The notes beneath the pieces were generated by a model, which was given only the letters and a program-made list of their open reading frames with translations, was not told the origin of the DNA and ran no database searches. Below, piece by piece: positions 52,030 through 64,000 of a stretch of 64,000 nt of DNA (position 1 is its first letter; every line of letters begins with the position of its first letter). The DNA comes from Macrostomum lignano. Lineage: Eukaryota. Made by a program: the position numbers and the translations under genes. The DNA is taken from assembly GCA_002269645.1 (NCBI GenBank), contig NIVC01001298.1, positions 1-64,000 of the forward strand, read 5' to 3'.

Positions 52030-53385
52030 TTTATTTTCTATTCCTGTCCATTCTTGTCCTGTCTTTTCTATTCCTGTCCATTCTTGTCCTGTCTTTTCTA
52101 TTCCTGTCCACTCTTGTCCTGTCTTTTCTATTCCTGTCAATTCTTGTCCTGTCTTTTTAGTTCCTGTCCATTCTTGTCCTGTCTTTTTAGTTCCTGTCCA
52201 TTATTGTCCTGTCTTTTAGTTCCTGTCCACTCTTGTCCTGTCTTTTTAGTTCCTGTCCACTCTTGTCCTGTCTTTTCTATTCCTGTCAATTCTTGTCCTG
52301 TCTTTTTAGTTCCTGTCCATTCTTGTCCTGTCTTTTTAGTTCCTGTCCATTCTTGTCCTGTCTTTTAGTTCCTGTCCACTCTTGTCCTGTCTTTTTAGTT
52401 CCTGTCCACTCTTGTCCTGTCTTTTTAGTTCCTGTCCATTCTTGTCCTGTCTTTTTAGTTCCTATCCATTCTTGTCCTGTTTTTTCTATTCCTGTCCATT
52501 CTTGTCCTGTCTTTTTAGTTTCTGTCCACTCTTGTCCTGTCTTTTCTATTCCTGTCCATTCTTATCCTGTCTTTTCTATTCCTGTCCACTCTTGTCCTGT
52601 CTTTTTAGTTCCTGTCCATTCTTGTCCTGTCTTTTTAGTTCCTATCCATTCTTGTCCTGTTTTTTCTATTCCTGTCCATTCTTGTCCTGTCTTTTTAGTT
52701 CCTGTCCATTCTTGTCCTGTCTTTTTAGTTCCTGTCCATTCTTGTCCTGTCTTTTTAGTTCCTGTCCATTCTTGTCCTGTCTTTTAGTTCCTGTCCACTC
52801 TTGTCCTGTCTTTTTAGTTCCTGTCCACTCTTGTCCTGTCTTTTCTATTCCTGTCCATTCTTATCCTGTCTTTTCTATTCCTGTCCACTCTTGTCCTGTC
52901 TTTTCTATTGCTGTCCATTCTTGTCCTGTCTTTTTAGTTCCTGTCCATTGTTGTCCTGTCTTTTTAGTTCCTGTCCATTCTTGTCCTGTCTTTTAGTTCC
53001 TGTCCACTCTTGTCCTGTCTTTTTAGTTCCTATCCATTCTTGTCCTGTTTTTTCTATTCCTGTCCATTCTTGTCCTGTCTTTTTAGTTCCTGTCCACTCT
53101 TGTCCTGTCTTTTCTATTCCTGTCCATTCTTATCCTGTCTTTTCTATTCCTGTCCACTCTTGTCCTGTCTTTTCTATTCCTGTCCATTCTTGTCCTGTCT
53201 TTTTAGTTCCTGTCCATTCTTGTCCTGTCTTTTTAGTTCCTGTCCATTCTTGTCCTGTCTTTTAGTTCCTGTCCACTCTTGTCCTGTCTTTTTAGTTCCT
53301 GCCCATTCTTGTCCTGTCTTTTTAGTTCCTGTCCATTCTTGTCCTGTCTTTTTACATCATGTTTGTTCTTGTCCTGTCTTTAGCA
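52030..53385. repeat. 30-bp pyrimidine-rich minisatellite TTCTTGTCCTGTCTTTTTAGTTCCTGTCCA
   Basis: About 45 units. Confidence 0.95.
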
Positions 53386-56327
53386 GTCCATGAATGTAGT
53401 GTCCTAAATCAACTTCAGTGTTCCCACTTCTGCTGTCTGGAGGTGACGTGACCAATGCTGAGTTTTAGGCGGTGAAAACTAGCCCAGTGACTGAGCCAAG
53501 CCTGACTAATAAGTCTGTGCGTGCAAACCAATTAATAAATATAATAATAAGCGAAATACTAATTAGGATTATCCTAGCACAGGTACAGGATTATATGGTG
53601 AGCTCATTCTTACAAAGCATCTCCCCAGAGAGGCTGTGTGAGTGTTTTGACGAATTTTCCAGCGCATTGGCTTGAGACACATTTTTAACTAGCTTGTTGC
53701 AGAGTGCTAATCAACACGATGCGGTTAGCCGTGACTACACAGAGTGATAATATATTTCTATACTTGAGCACCCTTGCGTTCACGCTTTGATAACAAATTC
53801 ATTATTTTACATTTACATGCAACTTATTAGTGGTTTAATTAAGATTGTATCTGTGAAAAAGTTATCTAGCAGGTTTAGTAGTCTAGGGTTTAGTAGTCTC
53901 CTTTAGTAGCCCAAGGGGATGTTGCATACGGTAGAAGTGGCATGTTACGGGACGAGTTGTATCACTTTTAATGGCACTTAATCACACCTTAGAATCACTT
54001 TTCAAAGTTGTCTTCATGGTCTCTAGTTTTGGTCTCTTAAACCATAGACACAATAACAGTGGCAACATCTGTCTAATTTTAGCATCTTCAGAATCGCCCG
54101 ACCATGGACATCAGCTCCATCAGAAACCTGTGCTCCGAGTGTAAAGGGACTTAAAAAAAACAAGAAAGATTTGAAAAGAGCCAGCCTATCAGCTTCCCGC
54201 TTTCCGGCAATTCCTGCCTTCGCTACTGAATATAAATTGAGATATGATCAATTGTAGTCATTTGCCTTTTGATGCCCTTGATGGTGCTTCTGCAACCCAA
54301 CTGGAGCTGATAAGTCAATTGAGTTGGGAAGATCATAGCGAGGGTTAACTAATCACAAGTTCTACGAGTATGGAGGAGTCTATGGTTAAACCCGATGCTT
54401 TCCCTTATGCTAGCAATGCAGTTTAAAAAAACATATCCTTATAGAAATTTAAAAGGCCAAAGTCATTTCTCTTGCTGCTATTGTTCAAAACGTCTATGTT
54501 AATTAACGTTAAGGCAATAACATTCAATCAATGACCGGTCATTGTTAGAAAATTGACAATTAAGCAATTTACCGCGGGATATCATTTTAGAAAACGAACG
54601 AGTCTATGAGCTTGAAATAAAACAGTCTATGGTTGTAAGTGGGGCTTCGCCCCCACACCCCAATTTTCCCTTCCCACGCGGATCCTGATGGACAAATTGA
54701 CCTATGAAGTTAGCTGGAAGTGAGAATTCATGGTAATGGCCATGACGCGTGTTCTCACAATCCCCATTGTGAGAACGTAGCACTATTGAACTAATAGCTA
54801 GTGCGGATCCTCCAGACTAATTTTAAATTTTAAAACGTTCTTCTTAGCACTTAGAAACTTGCTGTCTCAAGTACGTTCGCTTCTCAGAGTCGATAATCAA
54901 TTTACACTCAGCTGTCCAAATCCTCTGTCAGTTTTAAAGCCTTCTAACTATGAGTCGATGAGGCTCTCTTCATGAACTTTGTTTAGTGTCGCCCCCCCCC
55001 CTGTAGGATTCTGGTTTCTTGGAATCATTTTGTTTTACTTGTCAACAGTGTAGGAGATTTGTTCTTTGTAAAGGACGACAAAAAGAAATCGACTTGGACA
55101 GAGAAGAACCACTTCGAAGATGCTAAACTGAGCTGACGATCCTCTGGCGATTCGAAATGGACAGCCACCCTTTCATTCCTTGAACAACCAACAGTATGCA
55201 TTATAATCATGCTTGACCCCTTGAGAGCTCTATCAGTGCTGGCACAGATAAAGGCTGCTTCGGGGAGACTTTTGTAACTAAATTAACCCGCGGGCCACCC
55301 CTTCTTAAGTCTCGTCTTTAGCAGGCCTTAATGTTTCCTTGTCACATCCGAGCCATGCACGCGGCTTTCTTTCGGCGCCTCTTCACAGCCGTGATTGGGT
55401 AATCTCAAGGGACGCTATGCAGAGATTAATACCCACTATGAACCATATGATCATTATTACATATTTGAGCTGTGATGCCTACCATTTAGTTTGAGCCGTA
55501 TTTAGGTTGGCTAGCTGTCTATCATGTCCAAAATTATTTTGGGTAAGGAACGTTTAAGTATCCATTTAGTATGAATTCAGGATGCTCTAGAGAGCGCACA
55601 GCGCTGAATGGGGTTCTGCCATAGACAAACTCTGTCAAGACAAGTCTGTTCGGTTTAGAATGTCACTGGAATTGAGTTGAGTACAGAAGGTTTTCTCTAA
55701 GCTCTGCTGTTGGGAGATGCCTTAAAACCGCAGCTCACGTGAGTTCCGCCAGTGTGTGTGTGTGCAGCTCCTCCTACTTTCTGCACACGGCAGCAGACAA
55801 CAAAAAATTTCCCAAACTTCAGAAAAATTAAATCATAAACGACTTGGTAGGAATGGGTAGTTGAGAGATGGACAGACACCGGACCAGCTATGGCTAGTGA
55901 ATATTGCTGCCTCAAGACTCTTAAGCATTGTTTTAGAGGCATTTTTACTTTCCTTGCCTCTCCCTCTTTCTGTCTCTCGTTTTGCAGTGTTTTCCAAAGC
56001 AGAGAAGTTGCAAAAGCAGAGCAGTAGCAGCAGCAGCAGTGTCAAGGCCTCACCACCTCTGTCCCTGTCCAGGAAAGTCCTCATCTTTGTGAACTCCCCA
56101 GCCTCCGTTCTGAGCCGGCTATTAGGGCCAGAGGAGCTTCTAATACGCAATGACATCCAGCTGCAGACTTTGACTTAGCGGGCATGAGCATCTTTCCGGT
56201 CGACACGAAATGAGGTACACTTACCTGAAAATTACTTTAGTATAATTCGCTTCGGTAATTTGGTGTAGAGGTACGTGAGCAATTATTTTCTTAGATTTGA
56301 AACCTAAAATGAGGATCTCTTGGCTCG

Positions 56328-56566
56328 AGGTTGTAGCCTAGTGGGTAGAGCATCGGACTCACGGCTGGAGAGGTCGGAGGTTCAATTCACGACACTTAAC
56401 TCTGGAATGCTGCAGTTCATCCAGCTATAAAATGGGTGCCAACATTGAGGCTGTGTGGTGACCCCCCCCCCACCCCAATCCTTGGACTGAACAGCCGTAC
56501 GCAGCCTTTAGATGCGCCGCGCAACAGCTGCGGCTGAGCTGTCGGTTGCACATCTGGCCCAATTGG
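56328..56566 (+). mobile_element. Same SINE family, copy 2
   Basis: GGTTGTAGCCTAGTGG...GGTTCAATTC...CAGTTCATCCAGCTATAAAATGGG...TCCTTGGACTGAACAGC...GCTGCGGCTGAGCTGTCGGTTGCACATCTGGCCCAATTG matches the reverse complement of 48143-48424. Confidence 0.8.
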
Positions 56567-56674
56567 GGCGGTGTAATTTTTTAAAATAGACAGATAACGT
56601 TTGGTTCACGCCCGCCGAGAATGTCTATGGCAAATACACAGTTTTAGTCCTGTATCATAATCGATTGCACCTGC

Positions 56675-56884
56675 CTCAATGGACAGATGTGCTCAGCGTA
56701 CGGCTCTTCAATGCAAGGACTGGGTGGTCGCCACACACCTCAATTACCCCAGCTAATGCTGGCACCCATTTTACAGCTGGGTGAACTGAAGCAATACAGG
56801 ATTTAGTTCCGAGTGTGTTGAGAATCGAACCCCCGACCTTTCTATCATTAGTCCGACGCTCTAACCACAATAGGCTACAACTCC
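56675..56884 (-). mobile_element. Same SINE family, copy 3 (internally deleted)
   Basis: Minus strand GTTGTAGCCTATTGTGG...GGTTCGATTC...GCTTCAGTTCACCCAGCTGTAAAATGGGTGCC...CACATCTGTCCATTGAG. Confidence 0.75.
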
Positions 56885-58408
56885 CTCAGCTTCAGCTTAC
56901 AAGCTTGCGAAATCAATTGAATGTAAGCGTAGTATTTTGTACTTTTGGCCATAGACTATTGCACCTTACTGTTACTCCCAGCATTATTTTTCAGAGACCA
57001 ATTTAAATTCAGTAAGATTAGGAATGTTCGGCTATGTGCTTATAGAATATGTTGAAAGCATGAAGCTACACTATTTTTTATGATAAGCCCCTACATGTAA
57101 GTCGCTCGTTTACAAAGACGACGTTTTTGCTTTGTAAAAGATGGAAAAATTGCAAGCTTTTAGTGGCCACTGATGATGACAACGGTTATGCCTTAAACAG
57201 CAGCTCTAATTGGTGAACATCCGATGTTACTTAAGTGGTACAAATGTCCATAAAAAAGCTCTGTCTGAAGGATGCTGAGCGAGCGACTTTGCAGATCAAA
57301 ATAAGTTCCATTTGCAAAAAAGCATATACGGTACAGTTCAGTCACCTTTGAAGCGGTCTGGATCTTCATGCTTTTATCTTTTGTTGCTTGAGTGTTTAAA
57401 AAAGGAACAGGATTGATTGACCGGATTCTGCTACTCAACCCGAAGCTAAATCAGTTAAAGAAGTCTGCGTCATGCCAGCACTGAAGGCATCTCCAGAACA
57501 AGACTCAAACGAAAAGGACCTTAGTCCTATAGTTACTAACTTAAGCGGGCAAAATCGCTAATGAGGGGCTAAGAAAGTCCTGCGCGTTTCAGTTTTGTTT
57601 TCATTTCACTGCACCGACACTTATTGACCCAAACTGGGGTGGGCTGTCCTTGTACAGTTTAATGCAGCTCTCATCAGTCGCATTTATTTTGCCAATCAAT
57701 GAACTTTACCTGTGGGTAAAGTCGCATGCCAAAGCCTAAACAACTAACTTTAGAATTGGTTCAGCACAAACAGAGAGCCTCGCCCACAAAATGCCTTTTT
57801 CCGATGGGTTGTAGTATAATGCTTGCAAGGTAAGTGGATTTTTTAAAATTGACTTGAACCGATCCGATTGCAACTTTATTGAACGTTTTTTCCTTTGTTC
57901 CTGAGTAAGAGTGTGGCGATTCAGCTTGAATGACTCTTGAGGAAAGTGATCGCGGGATGGGTGTTGCTTGGTTAATGGGAACTTGAAGGTGCCCGGCAGT
58001 CTGTGTGACTTTTAAAGTCGGTCAATCTGTTAAAAAAACTGTTGTTGAAAGCCAACAAAGTGTTTAGTATGCTGTGCACGTCTTGCTTAAAGTCTCTAGA
58101 TCGTTATACACCATGATCAAATTGGGACCAGTTTTCGTGACCACATTATTTTTAAACACGGATAACTACTTTGTCGAATATCAGGAAGCCACTTTCGCGA
58201 ATAGTAGACATTTTTTACGTAATGCCGATTTTAGATTTAAAGTACTTCAGCGATATGTGATGTATACAATTTTTAGCACTAAATTCACTGTATCTCTCGC
58301 TTTCTAAACTTCCTTTTGACGCTTTATACATTCGACAACTTGCTTTGGTACCGTAAAAGTTTTCTGGAAGTCTAGCAAAAATGATCAAATTTAAGCGCCA
58401 AAACTTAC

Positions 58409-58742
58409 CCTGAGCCAGGAAGGAGTACCGGTTCATCCAGGGAATCTCCAGGAACATGGCCCACCAACGATTGATGACGCCGCTAACAAAGAAACCAAGC
58501 AGGAAGCTGAGCGGGATGTTGTTCTTGACTGAGTTAGCAAAGTGGACCACCTGTTCGAATGACCGCTTGCCGTATTCGTTCAGTAGCAACCTGTAGGACA
58601 GCGACAGGGCGTAATAGAGCGACAGGTAGAAGATCAGATCCAGGTACACCAGCTTGTATAGAGAGCCCTTCCACATGAGCAGCAGGCGGACAAAAACTCC
58701 TTTCTGTCCGGACGAGATCACCTTGCTGTAGGTGACAGTCAT
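58409..58742 (-). CDS. BEST: Bestrophin Ca2+-activated anion channel, exon 1 (predicted protein about 591 aa in total)
   Basis: MTVTYS...LLLMWKGSLYKLVY...IPLSFLLGFFVSGVINRWW...IPW is the bestrophin N-terminal signature. Donor G|GTAAGT at 58408. Confidence 0.95.
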
Positions 58743-58994
58743 TATTGGTTAGCAGAATCGCAGCACTTTCCAAAAGCTCAAGCGGTTAATAAACACAGCG
58801 TTTTTGAACACAGAAAGGTTTGAGTCTGCATAATATATGGCTGTCAGAGTGGTAAAGTTTAGCCGAAACCTGAGCCTACTCTATCTAAGTCCAAACCTAT
58901 TGGCTAGTACCTTCAAAACCTGAACCAATCGTATCATAGGACACATCGTCACAAACTTCCGCCCCAATGGCTGACTTAGGGCAGTTCGTGTGAA

Positions 58995-59150
58995 TCGAAT
59001 CTTATTGTCAGACGTCACGACACTGACTGCTGCAGTATCTCAGTCCGCACGCATCGAATCTTGTCAGACGTCCCGCGACACTGACTGCTGCAGTATCTCA
59101 GTCCGCACGCATCAAATCTTGTCAGACGTCTCGACACTGACTGCTGCAGC
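58995..59150. repeat. Approximately 57-bp triplicated unit upstream of the bestrophin ATG
   Basis: GAATCTTGTCAGACGTC..GACACTGACTGCTGCAG occurs three times. Confidence 0.85.
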
Positions 59151-60854
59151 AGTGCTTCGAATTCTAAGCCAGAACGTCTTAATCGGTGATGTATGCATCT
59201 CAAAACCTACAATCAGAACTCTCGATCAAAGGTACTTATCGATGCAATTGACCTCCTTGAACCACGTTGCCGACATCCATTTTTGAGCCTCTTTATTACC
59301 GTTCAATGTACGCTCCTCGTCGACTTTAGATGAAAGCCAAAGTCAACGTCAACAATACCATGTAATTACCCGTGCATGTACGATTTTGTATGGCCAGCTG
59401 CCCGATCAGTCAGGTAGCTAAGGCGAACCTACAGGGTTGTAATTTGTCTCGAAGCTTTAACAGAGTTCAGCTGGACTGTGCAGCCCTGGATTTTCGGGTT
59501 TTAATTGTTGTCTTTTCTTTTAGGAGTCAATTTATGCTCTGTTAACATAGAGCTTCAGAAGCTATACATGTACGTATCGAGCTGTATCTTTTGGGGCCAG
59601 CTCATATGTTGCGTCATTTTCTATTAATGTTGCCACTTTTCGGAATGGCGCAAATTTAATCTGAGAGAGGGGACGCCATCGTATCAATCTGAGGGGGGTA
59701 ATTAATTTCAGCTTCAACATCTGATTAGGCTGTCATATAAAATTGCATAAATTTAAGGTAAAGCTACATGTATGCAGAGATCGACAGTCAGTTACAAGTT
59801 AAGTAGTATTTTGGTTGGATCTGGTTACTGTTAGAAAAAATATTTCCATGTACATGTATGAAAATGCTTTTTGTCGTTATGGTCTCCGAGAATTCAACTT
59901 AAATTCAACTATACGGCGTTAAGGCAGAGCTAGGTTGGATAATTGAGAGCAGCAGGGGCGTCGCCACCCGGGGGAGACAGAGAGGGGGACATGTCCCCGG
60001 TAAGCTACATGGGGGACATGCCAATGCTTTGTCCACCCCACCAATTAATGACAACAATGGAAATGCAGTAATTTTGCTTCAGAGCGCCAAAATATAGCGC
60101 CTTTGGAACCTAAATGAGTGCCTGCGGCGCCAAAATAAGTGTCCGCAGCGCCAAAGATATCTGCGGCACCAAATTATTAAATTAGCGCACGCGGTGCCAA
60201 AATGAATGCTAGCAACATGCACTAGCTGATTCTCAAATGTACATGTACATGTAGGAATTTAGTCATGTTGATGAGGACGCACTTTTTCCCAAATCCCGCG
60301 CTAGCACATGGGCTCTAAACTTACTTGCCTACTAACAGTGGGCAGTGGGCATTTTTATCCTTTTTCTGCGAATTTTCATAGAATCTATACTAGATATAAT
60401 GTCTGGCCATACTAGTAGTCATAATAACATAGGCGCAGCTTTTTGGGTCATAAATCATCGCTTTCGAAGCTGATCTGACAGCCACCTGCGCCTCACTCAG
60501 TGTTGAAGCGGGCGCCAGATGGTCTGAGAGGATGCGGGCGGTAGCTTTTTTCTCATCATTTTGACAGGCCATCAAGATTTATGAGGTCAGAGCCTATTGT
60601 TCGGATTCACTCAAGCGTGTGACAGCTTTGACAGCTATGCGTCTTACCCCTAAAAGTACCTTGGGATTAGCGATTAGCGATTTCTCTTCATTATCTTCAC
60701 TTTCTATTTAATAAGAGCTTTCTAATGTATATTTTTTCATTAATTTCTGTCAATCCTACGCGAAAGGTCACAAATCATTTTGTTGCGATTTTGAGTGATT
60801 TATGGCCGCACCTGTCATCTTTTTACGACCCTGTGGGAACTGATAGGATCTCTC

Positions 60855-60990
60855 GGTCACGTGATTCTGGGTAGCAACGAGCTTAGCCAATCAGAAAATT
60901 CGGCGCTCATTTTAACAAAACGGCTCAGCCAATCAGAATCGACGTGTTCCGTTATAACAAACTGCGGTCCAGTTGGCGGCTATTTAAACC
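60855..60990 (+). promoter_or_regulatory. Promoter-like cluster: TCACGTGA E-box, two AGCCAATCAG boxes, TATTTAAA
   Basis: E-box at about 60857, CCAAT at 60887 and 60929, TATA-like at 60981. No downstream gene was identified. Confidence 0.4.
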
Positions 60991-63900
60991 GGAGTTTTTG
61001 GCCCGCTCGGACGCAACTTCTTCTTACTTTGGCTCGGGCCCAGCGCGCAACTTCTGGTTCCCGGAGCACGACCGTCGTTTCTTGATCCCCGGATTGCAAC
61101 TTCCCCCATCATCATCAAGGACGAGTCCCCCGGTCGACAGCCGCGAACATCCAGTTAAGAGCATCACCTGCTAGCTAACAGCGAAGATTGTGACAGCATC
61201 ATCCCGAGTCTACAGCTGCAGAGCATCGAGCCGATTCGGTCACTGTGGAATACCTGGTCTCCGGCTGTTGAGTTTCTGATTGGTTGGGTGAGAGGCTACC
61301 TGGACTTGCTTGATTGGGTGATCCCTTTTCTGTCCCCTGTTGCAGTATCTGAATTAGGCGCACACTTTTTGCTCATTTTGTTCAGTAGTGCTGTTGCTGA
61401 GGCAGGAATCATTCAATAATACTGCCAGTAGTCTAAGACTCCAATTCAATCTAAAGTGTGAAGTGAACTAAGGAGAAGGTTAAATCTAACAGTTATCTTT
61501 GTCGGCTTTATTTCTTTGTTCGCCGATGGCTCAGATGAGTAGCTAAGCTAGTAGGCGCCGGTCACAGTGGACCAATGGCAAGGCAGTTCTCAGTCGACCA
61601 ATCTAACAAATCAGTGAGCAAAACTGCCAAAAGTGCAGAATCGGCACCAGAGATGTACTTTGTGCACTCTAGGGTAGCCAAGCGGCTCGGGTAAATGAAT
61701 CATGCGGTCTCTGAAGTTCGAGTTAGCCTATCATCAGCGCTATGAGAGGCTAGTTGGCGCGTTGAAGGCTAAAAGTACATATCTTCGTATTTAGCAATGT
61801 AATAGTACATGTAGCTACCCCATAGACTCGCCACCACAAGAATCCCCTGCACAAGTCCCCTCTATACCTGCATGGCCAACGCGATCTAGTCCCAGCAGTG
61901 TCCCTTATCATCGGCTATGACTTCGAGATTGACAGCAAAAAGACACTAGTTGGCAGGTAAGTGCAAAGCCCCTTCTAGTCGGAAGCCCGATTTCGAGAGT
62001 CCCGGTGTGGTGAGCCAGAGCGCACGGGCTGGTGGCAGCAAGTTAGTTGATCTGCGGATTAGCTAATTTCTACTTTCAAAATTCTCCCTGCTCGTCTCTC
62101 GCTGTCCCTCTCTTAGCTATAGGACCTAGACTGCTCGCCACACGATCAAGCTACCATGGGGCTGACCATCTGACAGGAGTGGGGGGCCAGGTCTCTAATT
62201 GATTTAGTTCTGAGCCTGAGGCCCGAAGGCTTCCCTAACAAGGAGCCCGAAGGTCGAAACCCATCAATGTGCATATATATGTATATAGAATCCTTGGCTT
62301 GTCCCCCACCATCAAATTCATGGCGACGCGACGCCCCTCGAGGGCGGTAATTGCGCTGTAAAACCATGCAACAATCGTACATGTACATGTAACTCCAAGG
62401 CCACCGCGGCGTCACCCACTAATTACAGCGTCGTCACTGCCAATGAGAAGGCGCTCAGTCCTGATGCCGGCCATGGCGGTCGCCGGTCGGTGCGCAGCAC
62501 AATACTCCACGACAGTAAACTAGTCCGGGGGATCGAGTTCGAGAGGGCTAGGGTCGCCATGAAATACAAAATCACAATTCGGAAAAGCCCTTTCCATCAT
62601 AAGCTCGAAATATTATAAACCAGAAATATCATATTGCCGAAAGTTCTAGCAATAAGTGTTGCTATTTTAGTTTTCGGTGTTATGATATTTTTTAGGTTCG
62701 TATCTGCCTTAATGGTGGTCGTTGCTAGCATTGGTAAAGATTTGCACAACAACACGATCATCGTAATCGAAATTGGAATAAATACCGTGGTGAAAATTTC
62801 AAAGTGCAAAAACAAAATTTCTCATTCTTGGAAAGTTTAACCACAGCAGCAGCTTTAGCTTATTCAGCGACACAGTCACAGAAAATCCAAAGCGAAAGGG
62901 TACAAGGTTAAAAAATACTGCTTTCTGATGACTGCTATCGTGAATCTAATCCATAATGTAATTATATTTATAATCTGATAAATGATAGGGTCAGGAATTT
63001 TTTCCTGTTAATCGTAATTGTAATTGCAGATTTGCAGTTGCAGACTGCTTGTCTAAAGCCTACTACTAGTCTTAATCTTATGCTGTGTTTTTTAAATAAT
63101 TTCTTTTTTTGATGTAAATTTATCTGCAGCATTCACAATGCATATTATTCTGACCAGCAGGCCACTGAGCCTAAAGCCAGGCCAGGGTCTTACTCTTAGG
63201 CCAAACTCTAATATTATAGTGGTAACTATGGTACGTATGACTAATGTCAGTGTAAATATGGCTTCCAAATTTAATTCCCAATTAACATTGTTACAAAACC
63301 ATTACAAGTTACCACCATAAAACATTATCATTAGGCCAAATTTTGTCAAGAGCAAAAGTTATTAAAATATCATCAGGCATAAATTTTGCTATTTGCCCTT
63401 AGTTTATCATATTCATTATTCTATAATTTATACTAGGCCTAGCTAGGTAGTTTGGCTAGGTTGGCTACAGAGTATAGCAGTTATGATGATATAATAGCTA
63501 GGCCAAATTTGACCAATTATTTAAAGTTTATTAGAACTAAAAAAAAAGATTTCTTTCTAGGCCTATTAAGAAAATTTATTAATAACTAATCCAAAATGCT
63601 AATAGGCCCTAGCCATAGTTTTGAAGGCAATATGTTTGCTAGTATTTCCCAGGATATAATAAGAGTCTTACCATTTTTAGTATATATCAAGGTATAATAT
63701 CCTAGCATACATGACAGTAGATACTGCGATACATTGTGTCAAATGACAATTTTTGTATTGGTATACAAGTATACAAACAAGGTCTTATCACTTTTTCTAG
63801 CATTAAACCAAGCATACACTCATATGAATTCTGAAATATAGGCTAATAACTAATGACAATGTGGACTAATTCTTAATAATTAATAATATTTACATTTATT

Positions 63901-64000
63901 ATTTAGCTTTTCTAAGCCAATATTAAATGTTTTTATCATCTATATGGCCTTCCTCTTATTTTTTAGATAGTTGTCTTCTATTTTCTTATCAATCTCTTCT

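Noticed and set aside
52054-53393. Cys/Ser-rich overlapping ORFs
   Set aside because: 30-bp minisatellite in bestrophin intron 1, with frame switching at unit indels.
55833-56178. Overlapping 107-aa (-) and 105-aa (+) ORFs
   Set aside because: No recognisable domain and no phase-compatible fit into the bestrophin model; low-complexity CAG run.

Overview
This is eukaryotic (animal) genomic DNA, not prokaryotic: it has GT-AG spliced genes, poly-Gln tracts and introns packed with minisatellites. The style suggests a free-living flatworm such as Macrostomum, which is inference only. Six protein-coding loci can be reconstructed. (1) A + strand multi-exon gene, 5'-truncated by the window edge, encodes a hAT-transposase-fold protein in which the residues aligned to the DDE/CxxH catalytic positions appear replaced, preceded by an integrase-type zinc-binding-like motif. 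(2,3) Two tandem intronless secreted C-type lectin + PAN/Apple genes (- strand) flank a decayed Ty3/Gypsy gag-pro relic. (4) A RING-B-box-B-box-coiled-coil TRIM gene (- strand) has a poly-Gln tail. (5) A class A biogenic-amine GPCR (- strand) has a 10.5 kb intron. (6) A six-exon bestrophin (- strand) has a 10.9 kb first intron. About 30 distinct micro/minisatellite arrays fill most introns, and three copies of a tRNA-derived CORE-like SINE are present. Most long ORFs in the supplied track are translations of tandem repeats. No CRISPR array, rRNA or genuine tRNA gene was seen. All motif assignments were made by eye, without database searches.
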